Below are positions 1-11,620 of a DNA stretch of 36,256 nt, piece after piece. Numbering within the stretch: the first letter of the stretch is position 1; the number at the start of each line of letters is the position of its first letter. The notes under the pieces were generated by a model. It saw nothing but the letters and a program-made list of their open reading frames with translations, was not told the DNA's origin and did no database searches. A program made the position numbers and the translations under genes. This stretch comes from Trichomonas gallinae (lineage: Eukaryota). The stretch is from the NCBI GenBank assembly GCA_008369845.1, contig MRSU01011329.1, positions 1-36,256 of the forward strand. The letters run 5' to 3'.

Positions 1-537
1 ATGTCAAGTACAAATATATCAAACACATTCGCTTTAAGAGATTCTGCTTATTTATTTTATTACGGAAGTCAAACGAAAGATAACATCATTGAATACGGAA
101 ACTTCATTAAAAACACTGCCACAAAAGAATATGGCATTATGTCACATGAAAGAAGCAATTACATACTTAGATATTCCATTATTTATTATAACAAAATATG
201 GATAAACAGAAGAGTGACTGGTATAATTACTATGATGTTTACCCCAAATTACAACAATGTTCTATCAATTTCATATTGCAATGCACGAGCAAATGAATCG
301 CCAAAATATACTTTTTATTGTGGAAAATGTCAGAATATGCTATTTACATCTATTTATTATTATAATAATTATGCAGGTTATAGTTCTGATTATAACAATG
401 GAAACATCCCAAACTCGTCATGGAACATTATTGATGACAGTTTAGTTTGTTTCAATATAAAAAAAGAATTGAACCTTATACAAACAAAAATGATGAATCC
501 ATTTCTAAATAGGTCATTAAAATTACATCCATATTAA
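1..537 (+). CDS. Probable C-terminal part of an Asn/Tyr/Ser/Cys-rich trichomonad putative surface protein (beta-helix-like family); likely 5'-truncated by the window edge
   Basis: ORF begins at base 1. Repeated 'TNISN', 'YGNFIKN', 'YSIIYYN', 'ISYC' patterns resemble the ORFs at 32325-33279 and 35278-36120. Confidence 0.45.
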   Translation: MSSTNISNTFALRDSAYLFYYGSQTKDNIIEYGNFIKNTATKEYGIMSHERSNYILRYSIIYYNKIWINRRVTGIITMMFTPNYNNVLSISYCNARANESPKYTFYCGKCQNMLFTSIYYYNNYAGYSSDYNNGNIPNSSWNIIDDSLVCFNIKKELNLIQTKMMNPFLNRSLKLHPY

Positions 538-1916
538 CACATAGAATAAAAAGGAGACTTCGCAGCTGCAACAAAATATAAAATGCCGATTTTTCATCTT
601 TTGAGGTCGAGTAAAACAAATATTTTTTTTTTCATTTAATCAAAATATAGTTATATATATTTCCGTATAGATCATATACAACTATTCCACGTATATATTT
701 ATTATACATTAATGCGTTTTGAAAGCTTTAATTTCATTCCTTAAGGTTTGCTGAAAATTTATTTGTTATTATGAAAATTTGAAAAATAATTTAGGAAAAT
801 TTCAAACTCGACTTGTAATTGTTTAAATCCCTAGATATCATACATATAGCATCTTGAATGTATCTATATAATACCTGCAAAGTTTAGGGCAATTTCCTAG
901 AGCCTATTTTTGCAAAAATGTAGATTCTATCAAGTTCTACATATATTGCATCTTGAAATCTGAGTAGAGTACTCAATAGGTCTTGAAGAATATGTGGTGC
1001 ATGTGATCACTATTATCCTTTTTTTGATAAAGTTTGCTTTTCCTGCATTAAAAACTCGTATAAAATGATATACTATATTTAGTAAGTATTATTAGCATTT
1101 AGAAACGAATTAATGTCGATCATTTGACAAAATCGATAAAAATTTATTTCAAGAAAAATCATATTTTTCGAAATTAATAGTGCAAATATTTTAAATAACC
1201 AAAAGAAAGTCTAGATATATGTGATTTGAGGATGAAATTATGGACAATAATCGAAAATTTAAACGTATATTTTACATGACAGGACAACTACTAATAATTA
1301 AAAATCGTGATCCGCATTTGGGTTCTTCATAGTATCGTATAGTGAATAAAAATTCATGAGCCATTTCAATAGATTTGTGATAAAAAATATTTGTCAGCTA
1401 GCAAATTTACTTGTCAGAAATAAAGATTATTCAATAAATCAGCTCATCTAGGGCAATGATCGACATTGTACGTATTTATAATAGATGGTCTCGTTTAAAA
1501 CAAAATTGGACAAAACGCGTGTGGACAAAAATTTATTTGTTCAGAATTCTGATAAATTTTGAGAGTACTCTCAAAAGTTCGTCATAAAAATCATATGTTT
1601 TATCCCATTATTCGTATTTATAATAATATTTCCATATTTTCACAATAAAAAGCGAAATTGGCTTTTAATGATATTATAGCAATAAATATAACTAATACTA
1701 TTTATAATATAAGTTTTATATGAATATTCGTATTTTTCGATAATTTCGTGAAATTGAGGTAAGATCGATCTAACGTGCATCAAACTCATTCAATTTTTTC
1801 AATGGAAAAATTATCGAAATTTCCACTGAAAATACATTATAATATTTGGCTTAATATGTTCATTTCATTTTTTTATAAATTTGGCCGATCGTAAAAATTC
1901 AGGGGTGAAAAAAAAA

Positions 1917-1921
1917 TCATT
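1917..1921 (+). promoter_or_regulatory. Initiator (Inr) core promoter element
   Basis: TCATT begins 16 nt upstream of the ATG at 1933 and matches the trichomonad Inr TCA(T/C)(T/A). Confidence 0.55.
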
Positions 1922-1932
1922 TTTCCTAAATC

Positions 1933-2448
1933 ATGGTCAGAGTTCATGGATCTACAGGCAATAAGTTCCTCAGACTCATGGTCACACCAGATGTATATGA
2001 CGCTGAGATAATCAACGTTGTCCCAGTTAGAAGACCACTCGACGTTCCATCAACATTATCAAAACTTGGAAAAGTCTTATCGCATTCTGGATGCGTTGCT
2101 AAGACTACACGTGGATATGTATTAGTCGAATACATGTCATTTAACCAAGTTTGGGTTTCCAAAGTCAACAATTACAAAAATGGAATGCATGAATTTGATT
2201 TCAAGAAATACCATTTCATTTTGGATGACGATGAACCACAGACACCAAATGAAAGGGTTACCGTCCGTCAATTCACTGAAAAAATGATATCCTATACATC
2301 TTATAAGCAATTCGACACATTCAGCCATAATTGTCACCATGCAAGGTATGACACAATGAAATTTTATGGCATGAAGTCGGACAACCCAGATGCTGGAAAA
2401 TATAACTTATTCTATCAAGGATTCATAGATTACTTCAAGAGCAGCTAA
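1933..2448 (+). CDS. 171-aa protein with permuted papain-like (PPPDE/LRAT-type NlpC/P60) signature
   Basis: Clean ORF with coding-like GC and an upstream Inr. Motifs are HSGCV...VEY followed by FDTFSHNCHH (His before Cys, NCxH). Confidence 0.6.
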   Translation: MVRVHGSTGNKFLRLMVTPDVYDAEIINVVPVRRPLDVPSTLSKLGKVLSHSGCVAKTTRGYVLVEYMSFNQVWVSKVNNYKNGMHEFDFKKYHFILDDDEPQTPNERVTVRQFTEKMISYTSYKQFDTFSHNCHHARYDTMKFYGMKSDNPDAGKYNLFYQGFIDYFKSS

Positions 2449-3479
2449 GCTTATTCGGTGTATAGAGATATTATAAATTGTATGTACTTATCAGTTGAAT
2501 GTATAATCCTAATTTAATTTATAAAATAAATTTTTCATGGAAATTTTTTATTATTTTTATATTTTCCCTTGGAAAATTCATATATGTTTGGTTATAAGCT
2601 ATATATAGCCTGCGAATCCAGTATATTGATTAATCCAATTCTTTGCGAACATTTTATTGAAGTAAGAAATTGTTGGTAAAAGAGCATCTATACAGAGAGG
2701 ATTTTATTGATCTGTATATAAATTGCAATCAGCAAAAGGACAGTTTACAAATTTTCGAATAAATTTATCAGTGTAAGTGTAGACCTTCTCCGGGTTTTAT
2801 GTTTTGTGTAACATATTTGTATCATATATTTTGATTATCAGCCCTAATTCACAATAAATCGATCTTGGGAAAAAAAATAAATGAAAATTCTATAGATAAG
2901 GATAGATATATGAATATATAAATTATACATGATATAATTCTAGTGCTGAATTGGTATATCTCAATTCCTAACGTTGAAGAGGGAAAGATTTTACAGAGTA
3001 GAAAAACCAAAGTGATGGGTTTATTTGAAGTTTCATCGTATTCTCTATTGAAATATTCAAGAATTTTGAGATTTAATTATAAAATTGTAACATTTTTTAT
3101 TATGATTAACTACCCAATGTCCATTCATATTATATACTAAATTTCGGGTTAAAAAAATTCAGAAGCGAGCGAAAAAATTGAATTCAAATTTAATGAAGCC
3201 AAAATGTTGTAAGTTGTTTATTATGAGTATGTTCGTTGTTTTTAAAACAAAAATTCAATTGATGCTTCTTAAATTGGCGAAAGTAATTACTATAGTTCTC
3301 TCTATGTATCATGTAATGCATGGATATTATTGAATTCAGTAAACTCTTTTGAGTGTCCAAACAATTAATTTGTGAACCCCAACGATATTATTCATTCAAA
3401 AAAATTAGCCAAATATTTAACGAAATTATTTCTAATAAGGTAGTGATTAGATTTTTCTCTAACGTAGAGGATGATTGCA

Positions 3480-3487
3480 AAAGTGAC
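3480..3487 (+). promoter_or_regulatory. AAAGTGAC motif (T. vaginalis motif 2-like)
   Basis: Exact AAAGTGAC ends 10 nt upstream of the in-frame ATG at 3498, suggesting 3498 rather than 3471 is the start. Confidence 0.45.
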
Positions 3488-3497
3488 AAATTTTATA

Positions 3498-4022
3498 ATG
3501 AAATCCTTTACTATCACATATACTCTCAACGACGCTGTCAATGCCCTTGAAGACGAAATGAAATACAACATGGGTGGTTGGCATCTTGCAAACATCACTA
3601 AAATCAAAGATGCCGCAACTGCTTTTACAATTAATCAAACGAAATCATTCCTTTCTGAGGCGGTCAAATACATGAGGGGTCCAGATGCGACCGCCTTAAT
3701 CAAATTTAAGCTCGCGCAATTACTAAATCTCCTTAATTCTTACAAAGTTGTCGGTTTTTGCGAGGCTGTTGACGAACAAAAGTACCAAATTTATAGTGCT
3801 TATGAGTTTATGTATGACTCAACTTTTAAGGATGCGACACAGGCGATGATTAAACAAATTGTCAGTGTGCCTAATCCTGTCAGACTCCAACCGAAGATCC
3901 CAACAAGGTCCCTTAGGATTAAGACATCGACACCAATTGCTAAAGCGCCTCATAATTTCATGGAACAGTCAATATTGTTTCATAATGCCTTGAGGCAGAC
4001 AACGCCACCGCCGCAAAGATAG
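3498..4022 (+). CDS. Hypothetical protein with a helical N-terminal domain (possibly VHS/ENTH/CID-like) and a Pro/basic disordered tail
   Basis: ORF 3471-4022 has elevated GC. Start moved to 3498 on the basis of the upstream motif. The domain assignment is tentative. Confidence 0.65.
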   Translation: MKSFTITYTLNDAVNALEDEMKYNMGGWHLANITKIKDAATAFTINQTKSFLSEAVKYMRGPDATALIKFKLAQLLNLLNSYKVVGFCEAVDEQKYQIYSAYEFMYDSTFKDATQAMIKQIVSVPNPVRLQPKIPTRSLRIKTSTPIAKAPHNFMEQSILFHNALRQTTPPPQR

Positions 4023-5575
4023 GAAGCAGTTTTCTATGCTACTGCGTAGCGATACACATCAAGAAAGACTATTTCAATCAAGGAAATATTTCTTTCTCTC
4101 ATCTCCATGACCATTATCGCCACAGATCACAAATTTGATTTTCTTTTGTTTTGTTTGTATTATGTTTTAAATTTTATGTTATACTGTTTGTTTTAAGTTT
4201 CCTGATATTTTTTGAGTTCAAATGCAAGATTATTTCTTGCAAATTTATATGCAGCTGATACTATGGAGTCATTTGGAACTGAAATTCATTTGAGGCTGCG
4301 GAGATTTAATCCAATTCATTTGCCCATAATGCTAAAATCAGCATTTCGTGGATTCCATCATTATTATTCTCTTAAACTCAGCGTATTAGCAATACAGTAA
4401 TGAAAAATAATGAAGTTTGAAAATTGAATTTATTCCTACGTACCTATTCGAGCAATGATTTTTCGTAAGTAGCTTGATTGAACTGTAGTGACTTCAGCTG
4501 TCAGTAATTTGGGTGGTTATAGAGGAGATTAATTTTGCAAAATTTAGAAAAATATTTTTATCTTCATCACTTATCCGTTATATAATTTTGGGTGAAATAG
4601 GCCCAAATTTGTAGTTTTTCATTCTTAATTAGCAATTCTTTCGATTTATAAAAAAAAACCATCAATCAAATTAATGAAAAATCGCAAATATATCATCCCT
4701 TGTATGAGACTATTGATTGGAAGCTAGTTTTAAAGGTGCTTTTCAAATGAGAGAATCGATTTTGTATTCAAAAATGGAATTTTGCAAAATTATGGATATC
4801 TCGGGAAGAGTAAACATGATCTCGAGAATCTAGAACAAAAATATGAGGATATTTGTATTGGATATTTGATGAAAGCGAATTCTATGCCTTAAATAGCAGA
4901 AACAGATGTTGCTGTGTTAGCTTAGTTAAATTACAAAATAATAAGTAGCTAAGCTTGGAAATGGAAAAATTGAAAATTTATATGTAAGAAATAGAGACAA
5001 AGTTGCTGTAGTCGATGATAAGTTTTAATCAAATTGCTTATTGAAATGTAGTTGATTCGCAAACAATGATCGTTAATCAGGACAAAAACATTCGAAAATG
5101 TAAGTAGTTGTAAACTCTTCAATTTTTTCTCTTCGTGTTTTTGTCATCTATGCCATATATGAATGCGAAATAACACGAAAAAAAAATCAATCAAATTCAA
5201 AAATCAAGAAAAATTACAGAAGAAATGCACATTTTTATCATGAAAATTTTTGAAATTATCATTTTTTACGTACTTTTTCATAACTAAGTAGAAAATAAAC
5301 CGATAAAATTAGTGTATAATACTAATAGAGCATATATCCACCAGAAAAACACTGAACCGAACTATTTTTTGCGATATCTTTTCCAATAAAGAATTTTCGT
5401 GGTGGTTGATACAACACATGGACTCAGAATGATCAATATTAACATATAATTATAAAACTTAAAAACAATATTGAAAAATTAAAAATAATTTTTATTAGTT
5501 ATGAGACAGAATAGTTAGCAGTTGTATAGTTGGATATTTAGTATTAATTAACAACGTCTGTATATCTAGATCTAT

Positions 5576-6265
5576 TTAGTTCTCAACGATCTGGCCATCC
5601 TTGTTAACGAATTTGAATGATGAGAAGTCGAATTGATCAAGGTTGTCGAGCATAATTGTTGGCTTGACCTCGTATTCGTCGAGTAACTTCTGATAAGGAA
5701 GTGTTTTATCTGGAATCATGACGCAGTGCATTCCGGCAGAGATAGCTGCCTTAACACCAGTTGGGGCATCTTCGAAAACGAGGACTTCCTTTGGATCTGT
5801 AACACCAAGTTTCTTCATTGTTGTTAAGAAGATTTCTGGATTTGGTTTTCCATGTGTAACTTCATCACCGCATGTAGAGGCATCGAACTTGGCGAACAAC
5901 TCCTTGGACTTGACTGTTTTAGCATCCAAGTTGCATCTGTTGCTTCCTGTAGCAATACCGATTGGGATACGCTTAGCGAGGAAAGTCTCAACGAGTTTCT
6001 GAGCTCCTGGCATCAATTCTGATTCAGGTAATAATTCGTTAAGAACAATATCGAATTTCTGCATGTATTCAACAGGATCACCTTCAATACCGAAAGCCTT
6101 CATAAGGATCTTTCCGCATTGAGGGCCCTTAGTTCCCATGATCGCTAAATGCAAATCTTCTGTAAGTTCGTGGCCACTGTACTTGAGAACAGCAGCTGCG
6201 AAGATTCCTTCTGAATCGACAAGGAGACCATCAACGTCACAGATGACACACTTGATTTGAGACAT
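5576..6265 (-). CDS. HAD-superfamily phosphatase (HDHD1/PUDP pseudouridine-5'-phosphatase-like)
   Basis: Motif I CDVDG, motif II ATGS, GKPNPEIF, motif IV VFEDAPTGV. Confidence 0.92.
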   Translation of the reverse strand: MSQIKCVICDVDGLLVDSEGIFAAAVLKYSGHELTEDLHLAIMGTKGPQCGKILMKAFGIEGDPVEYMQKFDIVLNELLPESELMPGAQKLVETFLAKRIPIGIATGSNRCNLDAKTVKSKELFAKFDASTCGDEVTHGKPNPEIFLTTMKKLGVTDPKEVLVFEDAPTGVKAAISAGMHCVMIPDKTLPYQKLLDEYEVKPTIMLDNLDQFDFSSFKFVNKDGQIVEN

Positions 6266-6347
6266 TTTTCTGCAAATGGTCGAACAAAAAATTCCTTATT
6301 TTCAAACGACGACAAAATTTTCCCACAATTGTGTTGATTCAATCCGG

Positions 6348-6750
6348 TTTACAAGTCAAATCAATTTTTACAGATCAGATAAAACTTTACACGACAAAAT
6401 AATTGTTACATGGCAAAATTATTTTTACATGACAAAACATTATTCAAGTTGAAAATCTGTTGCATCCCTGTAAAATCTATCACTGTGGCCATATCCACTT
6501 ATATTCTAAATGTGAGACAAATCTATGTGAGAAGCGTCTGTCGTCTTTCACCCTTTTATTACATGTTTATTTATAGAGCATATAAATCTTTGCAAGTCAA
6601 ATATTCCGTTTTACAAGACAAATATACCATTTTACAATTCAAATATATCTTTTTACAAGACAATTTCAAGTCAAATAAATTTTTGGATTTAAATTTTTAC
6701 ATGTCAAATGTATTCTTTACATGGGGAATAATATTTTTACATGACAAAAT
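6348..6750 (+). repeat. Degenerate tandem array of a TTTTACAWGWCAAA-like motif, 19-21 bp period
   Basis: TAC cores at 6350, 6369, 6388, 6407, 6426 (period 19); 6612, 6633, 6654 (period 21); 6698, 6718, 6738 (period 20). Confidence 0.75.
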
Positions 6751-7359
6751 TTTCTTCGACTGTTTATTATTATAAATTTTGTCAAATTTGTTAAATCTAT
6801 TGTTTTGAGCTGATATCGCAAGGCAAAAAGTTTAAATTATGTCAAGGATATGGTAATTCATCTATATATCCATTTCAGCTTTAACTGTAAATTTTCTAAT
6901 TGTTGAAAACATTATTAATTTCGTTATTAACAAGTAGAACATATTGTAAATAGTCTTATCCAGAGATATTTTCATTTACAAAACCTAATTACTAAGAGAA
7001 TTTGCAATTTTCATCGATCTTATACACAACCCTCTAAAAACACATTTTAGTGCCACTGTTAGCGTTCGCAAAGAGGCTACAATACAACACATATTTACAG
7101 TTCCGGCGATTTAATCACTTATCACTTCAATTTCTCATGAACCCCACAGAATCCGAAAGTTTCTGAAAAATAGATTTTTCCTAAATAAAAATACTCTATA
7201 TATGCTATTAATAGCGGCCACCCAATTCTGATCTTGAGATTTTGCAATAAATGACATTATTTTTAACCCATGCAGAATCGATGGATAAGCAAAAAAATGT
7301 CATTATTCCTACATTCCGATTAACGTCAAGCCGCCTCAATCTATTCAAAAGGGAAGAAC

Positions 7360-7379
7360 AAAAAAAAAAAAAAAAAAAA
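7360..7379 (+). repeat. Poly(A) tract, 20 nt
   Basis: Seen directly in the sequence. Confidence 0.85.
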
Positions 7380-7790
7380 CTCCAATAGGCTAAAATTTAT
7401 TATATGGATATCCTTAATATTGAAATTTTCCCCATTTGCCAACTAAAGAAAAAACCGCTTAAACGGAAAAAGGGAAAATATGGTTGCCTGTGTCTGTATA
7501 TCAATATTTATAATTTTCGTTAGTATTGAGTTCTAAGAAATAATTCGAAAATTGGAATGAGCACAGTATTTCCATATTATTATGTCCGTCCCTCAGAAAA
7601 TCTGAATCAATTGACGACAAATGTGTAAAAAATATTTTTCTAAAAATTTCAAATTTTTGAATAGATTTTTTTGGCCTTTCAGGAAAACAGACACATACAG
7701 GCTCCTCTATAGAAAAACTTCAACTTTCAAAACCATGATATTGAATATCATATTGAAAATTTTCAAACTTTCACAAATATTTCAATATAG

Positions 7791-7795
7791 TCACT
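7791..7795 (+). promoter_or_regulatory. Initiator (Inr) element of the kinase gene
   Basis: TCACT upstream of the ATG at 7820. Confidence 0.45.
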
Positions 7796-7819
7796 TTAAC
7801 TAACATTTTTTTTTAAGTG

Positions 7820-8761
7820 ATGATCCCAGCCTACTTCGATAGATATAAGACCAAGAGAGTCCTCCACTGGGGCGATTACGCGACAGTTGCCCTCGCTGTT
7901 GACGAGCAAACAAATGAGGAAGTTGCATTGAAGATTATGGAGAGGCAGAAGATCCAAGAAGCCGGCATGATGAAGTACATAGAGTCTGAAATAAGAATCC
8001 TTGAAAGGGTTAAGCATGAAGCCTTCGTAAACATTCATAAAATACTCTACGACGAGAACTTCATCGTCATAGTTATGGATTACATGGAAAATGGCTGTAT
8101 GTCCGATCTTATCACCAATGACTGCTTCTTATCCCAGAAGGACAAACTTCTAACGTGTATAACCATACTCGAAGGATTAGATTATCTTCACAAAAGAGGA
8201 ATTGCCCACAGAGACGTCAAGCCAGATAACATATGCTTTGATAAGGATAACAATCCAAAACTTTTGGACTTCGGATTCATTACAGATACCTGCGAAATAT
8301 CTAGGACGTTATGCGGCACCTTGATTTATATGGCTCCAGAAGTCTGCCAGCACCAGCAATATGACGCTATGAAGGCAGATGTTTGGTCCTTCGGCGTAAC
8401 TGCTCATGTCATCTTAACGTACAAATTCCCATTCGAAGACTCCAACAGCATCAGACACATGCATGCACTAAAATCAGGAGAGGTCAAGATCCACAACTCT
8501 GTTTCTGGCAAGATGAAGGCTGTCATTCAGAGCTGCTTGGAGATCGATCCTGAAAAAAGACCAACATGCGAAGAACTCCTCAAGACGTTCAATGAATATT
8601 CCCATGAGCTCTATGCAGAACTAGAGGCACGTCCAAGAAGGACAGTTAAGCAATGCAAATCCAGACCATTCATGAACATTCACAGAACTTCCGGTCAGCA
8701 GCTCAAATGCATCGGGCAGAGTGTTGTAAGCTTCAAATTCAACAGAGCATTAAGCGTATAA
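7820..8761 (+). CDS. CAMK-group serine/threonine protein kinase
   Basis: VALK, HRDVKPDN, DFG, CGTLIYMAPE, DVWSFG motifs. ATG is at 7820; the track's 7817 is a GTG. Confidence 0.93.
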   Translation: MIPAYFDRYKTKRVLHWGDYATVALAVDEQTNEEVALKIMERQKIQEAGMMKYIESEIRILERVKHEAFVNIHKILYDENFIVIVMDYMENGCMSDLITNDCFLSQKDKLLTCITILEGLDYLHKRGIAHRDVKPDNICFDKDNNPKLLDFGFITDTCEISRTLCGTLIYMAPEVCQHQQYDAMKADVWSFGVTAHVILTYKFPFEDSNSIRHMHALKSGEVKIHNSVSGKMKAVIQSCLEIDPEKRPTCEELLKTFNEYSHELYAELEARPRRTVKQCKSRPFMNIHRTSGQQLKCIGQSVVSFKFNRALSV

Positions 8762-9604
8762 CTAACTTAATTTGGATTATTTGTTTGTAAAGCTATTATA
8801 TTATTTTAATTTCCCATTTTTTCACTTAATTTTGCTACCAAATACCTCAGACATAGTTATATCTCATGAAAAATTATTTCCTGACATTCTTTTACATGTC
8901 AATTCAATGATTTTACATTTCAGAAACCATTTTACGGGCGTGAAAGCACATGAAAAATACTCATATGCTTTAGCCACCAAATAGAGAAATAAAATGGCAA
9001 TCAAAAATTCATCTGACTTCCGACCGTTTCTGTTACTATAAATTTTTGAAAGAAAAATGACAATCTGACATTGTAAATTTACATTATCTGACAGCAGAAA
9101 CTAATAACCCTTGGAAAAATGATTATTATACAGCTTAATATCATGTTTACATACTAGGCTTGTTGAGTTCTAATCACATACGTTAGGAGATGTCCAACAT
9201 CAACATGTGAATTTTTGACAAATGTCAGTTTTTGAGTCTGTCAATTTACTTAGTCAAAGCAGATCATTTTGAATAGCTTTCAATTATTGAATTGAAATTA
9301 ATCGTACGTACAACAATTAGTAATATTAATTAAATAATCAAACTTTCAAGATATCATTTTGTAAAAATGATGTATAAATGCTCATGGAGCCATAAGATTG
9401 CTAATCTGTATTATTACATTTTTATTTCCTGGGAGAAAAAGTGATCTTTCTTCCAACTTTGTATCCATACTAGCCCATGTTATAATAGACTATTTTATAG
9501 AAGAGCTTATATATAATGATTTAGTCCACGAGAGCTCTATTGAATATATACCTGAAACGTCTAAATTATGTCTGGAAGATGCACAAAAATTGACAAATTT
9601 CAGT

Positions 9605-9609
9605 TCATT
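9605..9609 (+). promoter_or_regulatory. Initiator (Inr) element of the USP gene
   Basis: TCATT begins 11 nt before the in-frame ATG at 9616. Confidence 0.55.
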
Positions 9610-9615
9610 TTTTAT

Positions 9616-11244
9616 ATGAATTCTTGTTGTCATTCGATAGATCAAAAGCGCTTTGAGAAATGCATGTATCTGTCTCTAAAGCTCTCAAATGCGTGGATTA
9701 CTATAGTTAAAGACAAGAATTTACCAAAATCTGTAAATATTTGTTTATCTTGCAACAAAATATTCATTGATGAAAATAAATTCAAGGAACACATGAAGGG
9801 GCATGATCAGACTCTTATTCTAAACTTGATGAATTTTGAAATTAAATGCTCGAAATGTAAATCTTCAATGAATTGCCCACAGAGGATAATCGATGCATGC
9901 TTAAAAGCCATACCTGTTGTACCTTATTCATCTTTTAAGTCTGGATTTCCAAATTTGGGAAATTCTTGTTATACAAGTTCTGTTTTTACTGCATTAGCAC
10001 ATTGCAAATCATTAGTAACAGCATTAGTAACATCAAGTGAACCTATTTGCAGACTTTTTGCAGCTTCAATTACAGTCAACAGAAACTTAAATCAAATTTT
10101 GCACGCAGCGATTCCACAGTTTTCGCCAACACACCAAGAAGATGCTGCTGAGTTTCTACTCTCATTCATAGACAAACTTTGCGAGGATCCGCATGTAAAA
10201 ATGCTCTTTGGCGGATATATGGGTTATTCACAGCAATGCACGAAATGTAACCATACAGTATCGAATGTACAGAAGTTCACAATGATTCCTGTTGATATTT
10301 CAGGCCATGGATGGATTCCGATTGAGGAAATAAATAATGAAACAAAAGTTCCACGTTCTTTTGGCGTAGAAGAGTTCTGGGAAGAGAATCACCACTGTGA
10401 CTCATCAGCTTCTTTTGTGTCTTTTATGATGCATGGATCAACAGAAAGAATATCATTAGAAAAATGTCTGGAATCAATGTTTTCTCCTGGATATATAACA
10501 TGTTCTGAATGCAAAAATCCAAATGCTACCATTACAAATACTATTATTTCACTTCCAGAAATTTTGATATTGCAATTCAACAGATTTACCAAAAGATGGT
10601 TTGGTGTAGGTAAAGTTTTCCAGTTCATTGACTTCCCATTTGAAGGAGAAGTCGATTTTGGACACTTTATTCCGAAAGATATCAATTGCGGACCAACGAA
10701 ATACACAATCACCGCAATTATATCGCATATAGGAACAATGGGTTATGGACACTATATTTGCTACTGTTTGGAAGAAGGAAAATGGGTTTTATACAATGAC
10801 GAATCAGTTAAAGTTGTTTCAGCTGAAGAAGCGATCAGCAATCAATCTTACATACTTTTTTACACGAGAATCATGCCAGATGAGGTTAAAGCTGTAAATC
10901 AAGTTATTGAATTGTCGAATCTTCCATTTGACTGGGGAATCCCATTAAAGACAATATCAGATCCTCAGAAATGGGTAGGAATAATCCCAGAGTCGTCACT
11001 TGGAAATAATATTATTGAAATGGCTTCACAGCTTGCAGGAGGCACTGTAACACGCAGCATTGTAACAGAAGACATTCGTTCACAATATATTGCAAGACTG
11101 CCATTTACAGCTCGAAAGATTAATATATCCGAAGAAGATCTAGAGAAGCTTTGGGTATTTTTGTTCGAAAATGGCGAATATTCAACAGTTGTTCCAGTTC
11201 CTCATTCGGATTTTGCTGTTGGAGAAATAGTTATCAGTTTTTAA
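9616..11244 (+). CDS. Ubiquitin carboxyl-terminal hydrolase (USP, clan CA family C19) with N-terminal Zn-finger (UBP-type-like)
   Basis: Cys box GFPNLGNSCY, QEDAAEFL, His box HIGTMGYGHY, WVLYNDE, and an N-terminal Cys/His cluster. Start placed at 9616 by the Inr. Confidence 0.92.
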   Translation: MNSCCHSIDQKRFEKCMYLSLKLSNAWITIVKDKNLPKSVNICLSCNKIFIDENKFKEHMKGHDQTLILNLMNFEIKCSKCKSSMNCPQRIIDACLKAIPVVPYSSFKSGFPNLGNSCYTSSVFTALAHCKSLVTALVTSSEPICRLFAASITVNRNLNQILHAAIPQFSPTHQEDAAEFLLSFIDKLCEDPHVKMLFGGYMGYSQQCTKCNHTVSNVQKFTMIPVDISGHGWIPIEEINNETKVPRSFGVEEFWEENHHCDSSASFVSFMMHGSTERISLEKCLESMFSPGYITCSECKNPNATITNTIISLPEILILQFNRFTKRWFGVGKVFQFIDFPFEGEVDFGHFIPKDINCGPTKYTITAIISHIGTMGYGHYICYCLEEGKWVLYNDESVKVVSAEEAISNQSYILFYTRIMPDEVKAVNQVIELSNLPFDWGIPLKTISDPQKWVGIIPESSLGNNIIEMASQLAGGTVTRSIVTEDIRSQYIARLPFTARKINISEEDLEKLWVFLFENGEYSTVVPVPHSDFAVGEIVISF

Positions 11245-11620
11245 TTTTTATTTTAATCTTGTTTGTAAATTTGCGCGTTTAATATATCTTTCTTTTCCCC
11301 ATACATCTGATCGAATACATTTATAATACAGAAATAGGTATTGTTATTAAATTTTGTGATTTATAGAATCTTCATTTAGTGTTATTATCTTAAAAGGTAT
11401 CAACTAATATAACAATCTAATAAAAATTCAAATTCTTTGAATATAAAATTTTCAAAATCATTCTAAATTCATTTCGGTAAAAAATATAATAAATTATAGC
11501 ATGAATTTAACTTACCAATGTAACATGTGGCGTATTTTTGTACACAAAAAAGATTGAAAAATTAATCAAAATATTTGATAATTTATTTTGAAATAATAAC
11601 AAAATATAAAAATAAATATA

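Noticed and set aside
841..957. Direct repeat TACATATA(TT)GCATCTTGAA at ~841 and ~938
   Set aside because: Only two imperfect copies with no termini or TSD; cannot be assigned.
6348..6750. Repeat array as a CRISPR
   Set aside because: Repeats are short and degenerate with <10-nt spacers, the context is eukaryotic, and there are no cas genes.
6410..6775. 121-aa plus-strand ORF
   Set aside because: By-product of the 19-21-bp repeat array; no protein features.
7340..7400. Poly(A) tract as a retroposon tail
   Set aside because: No flanking target duplication or recognisable element body.
7799..7817. ACTAAC...AG before the kinase ATG as an intron 3' end
   Set aside because: Branch-to-AG distance does not fit the fused ACTAACACACAG-type trichomonad motif, and an Inr lies directly upstream.
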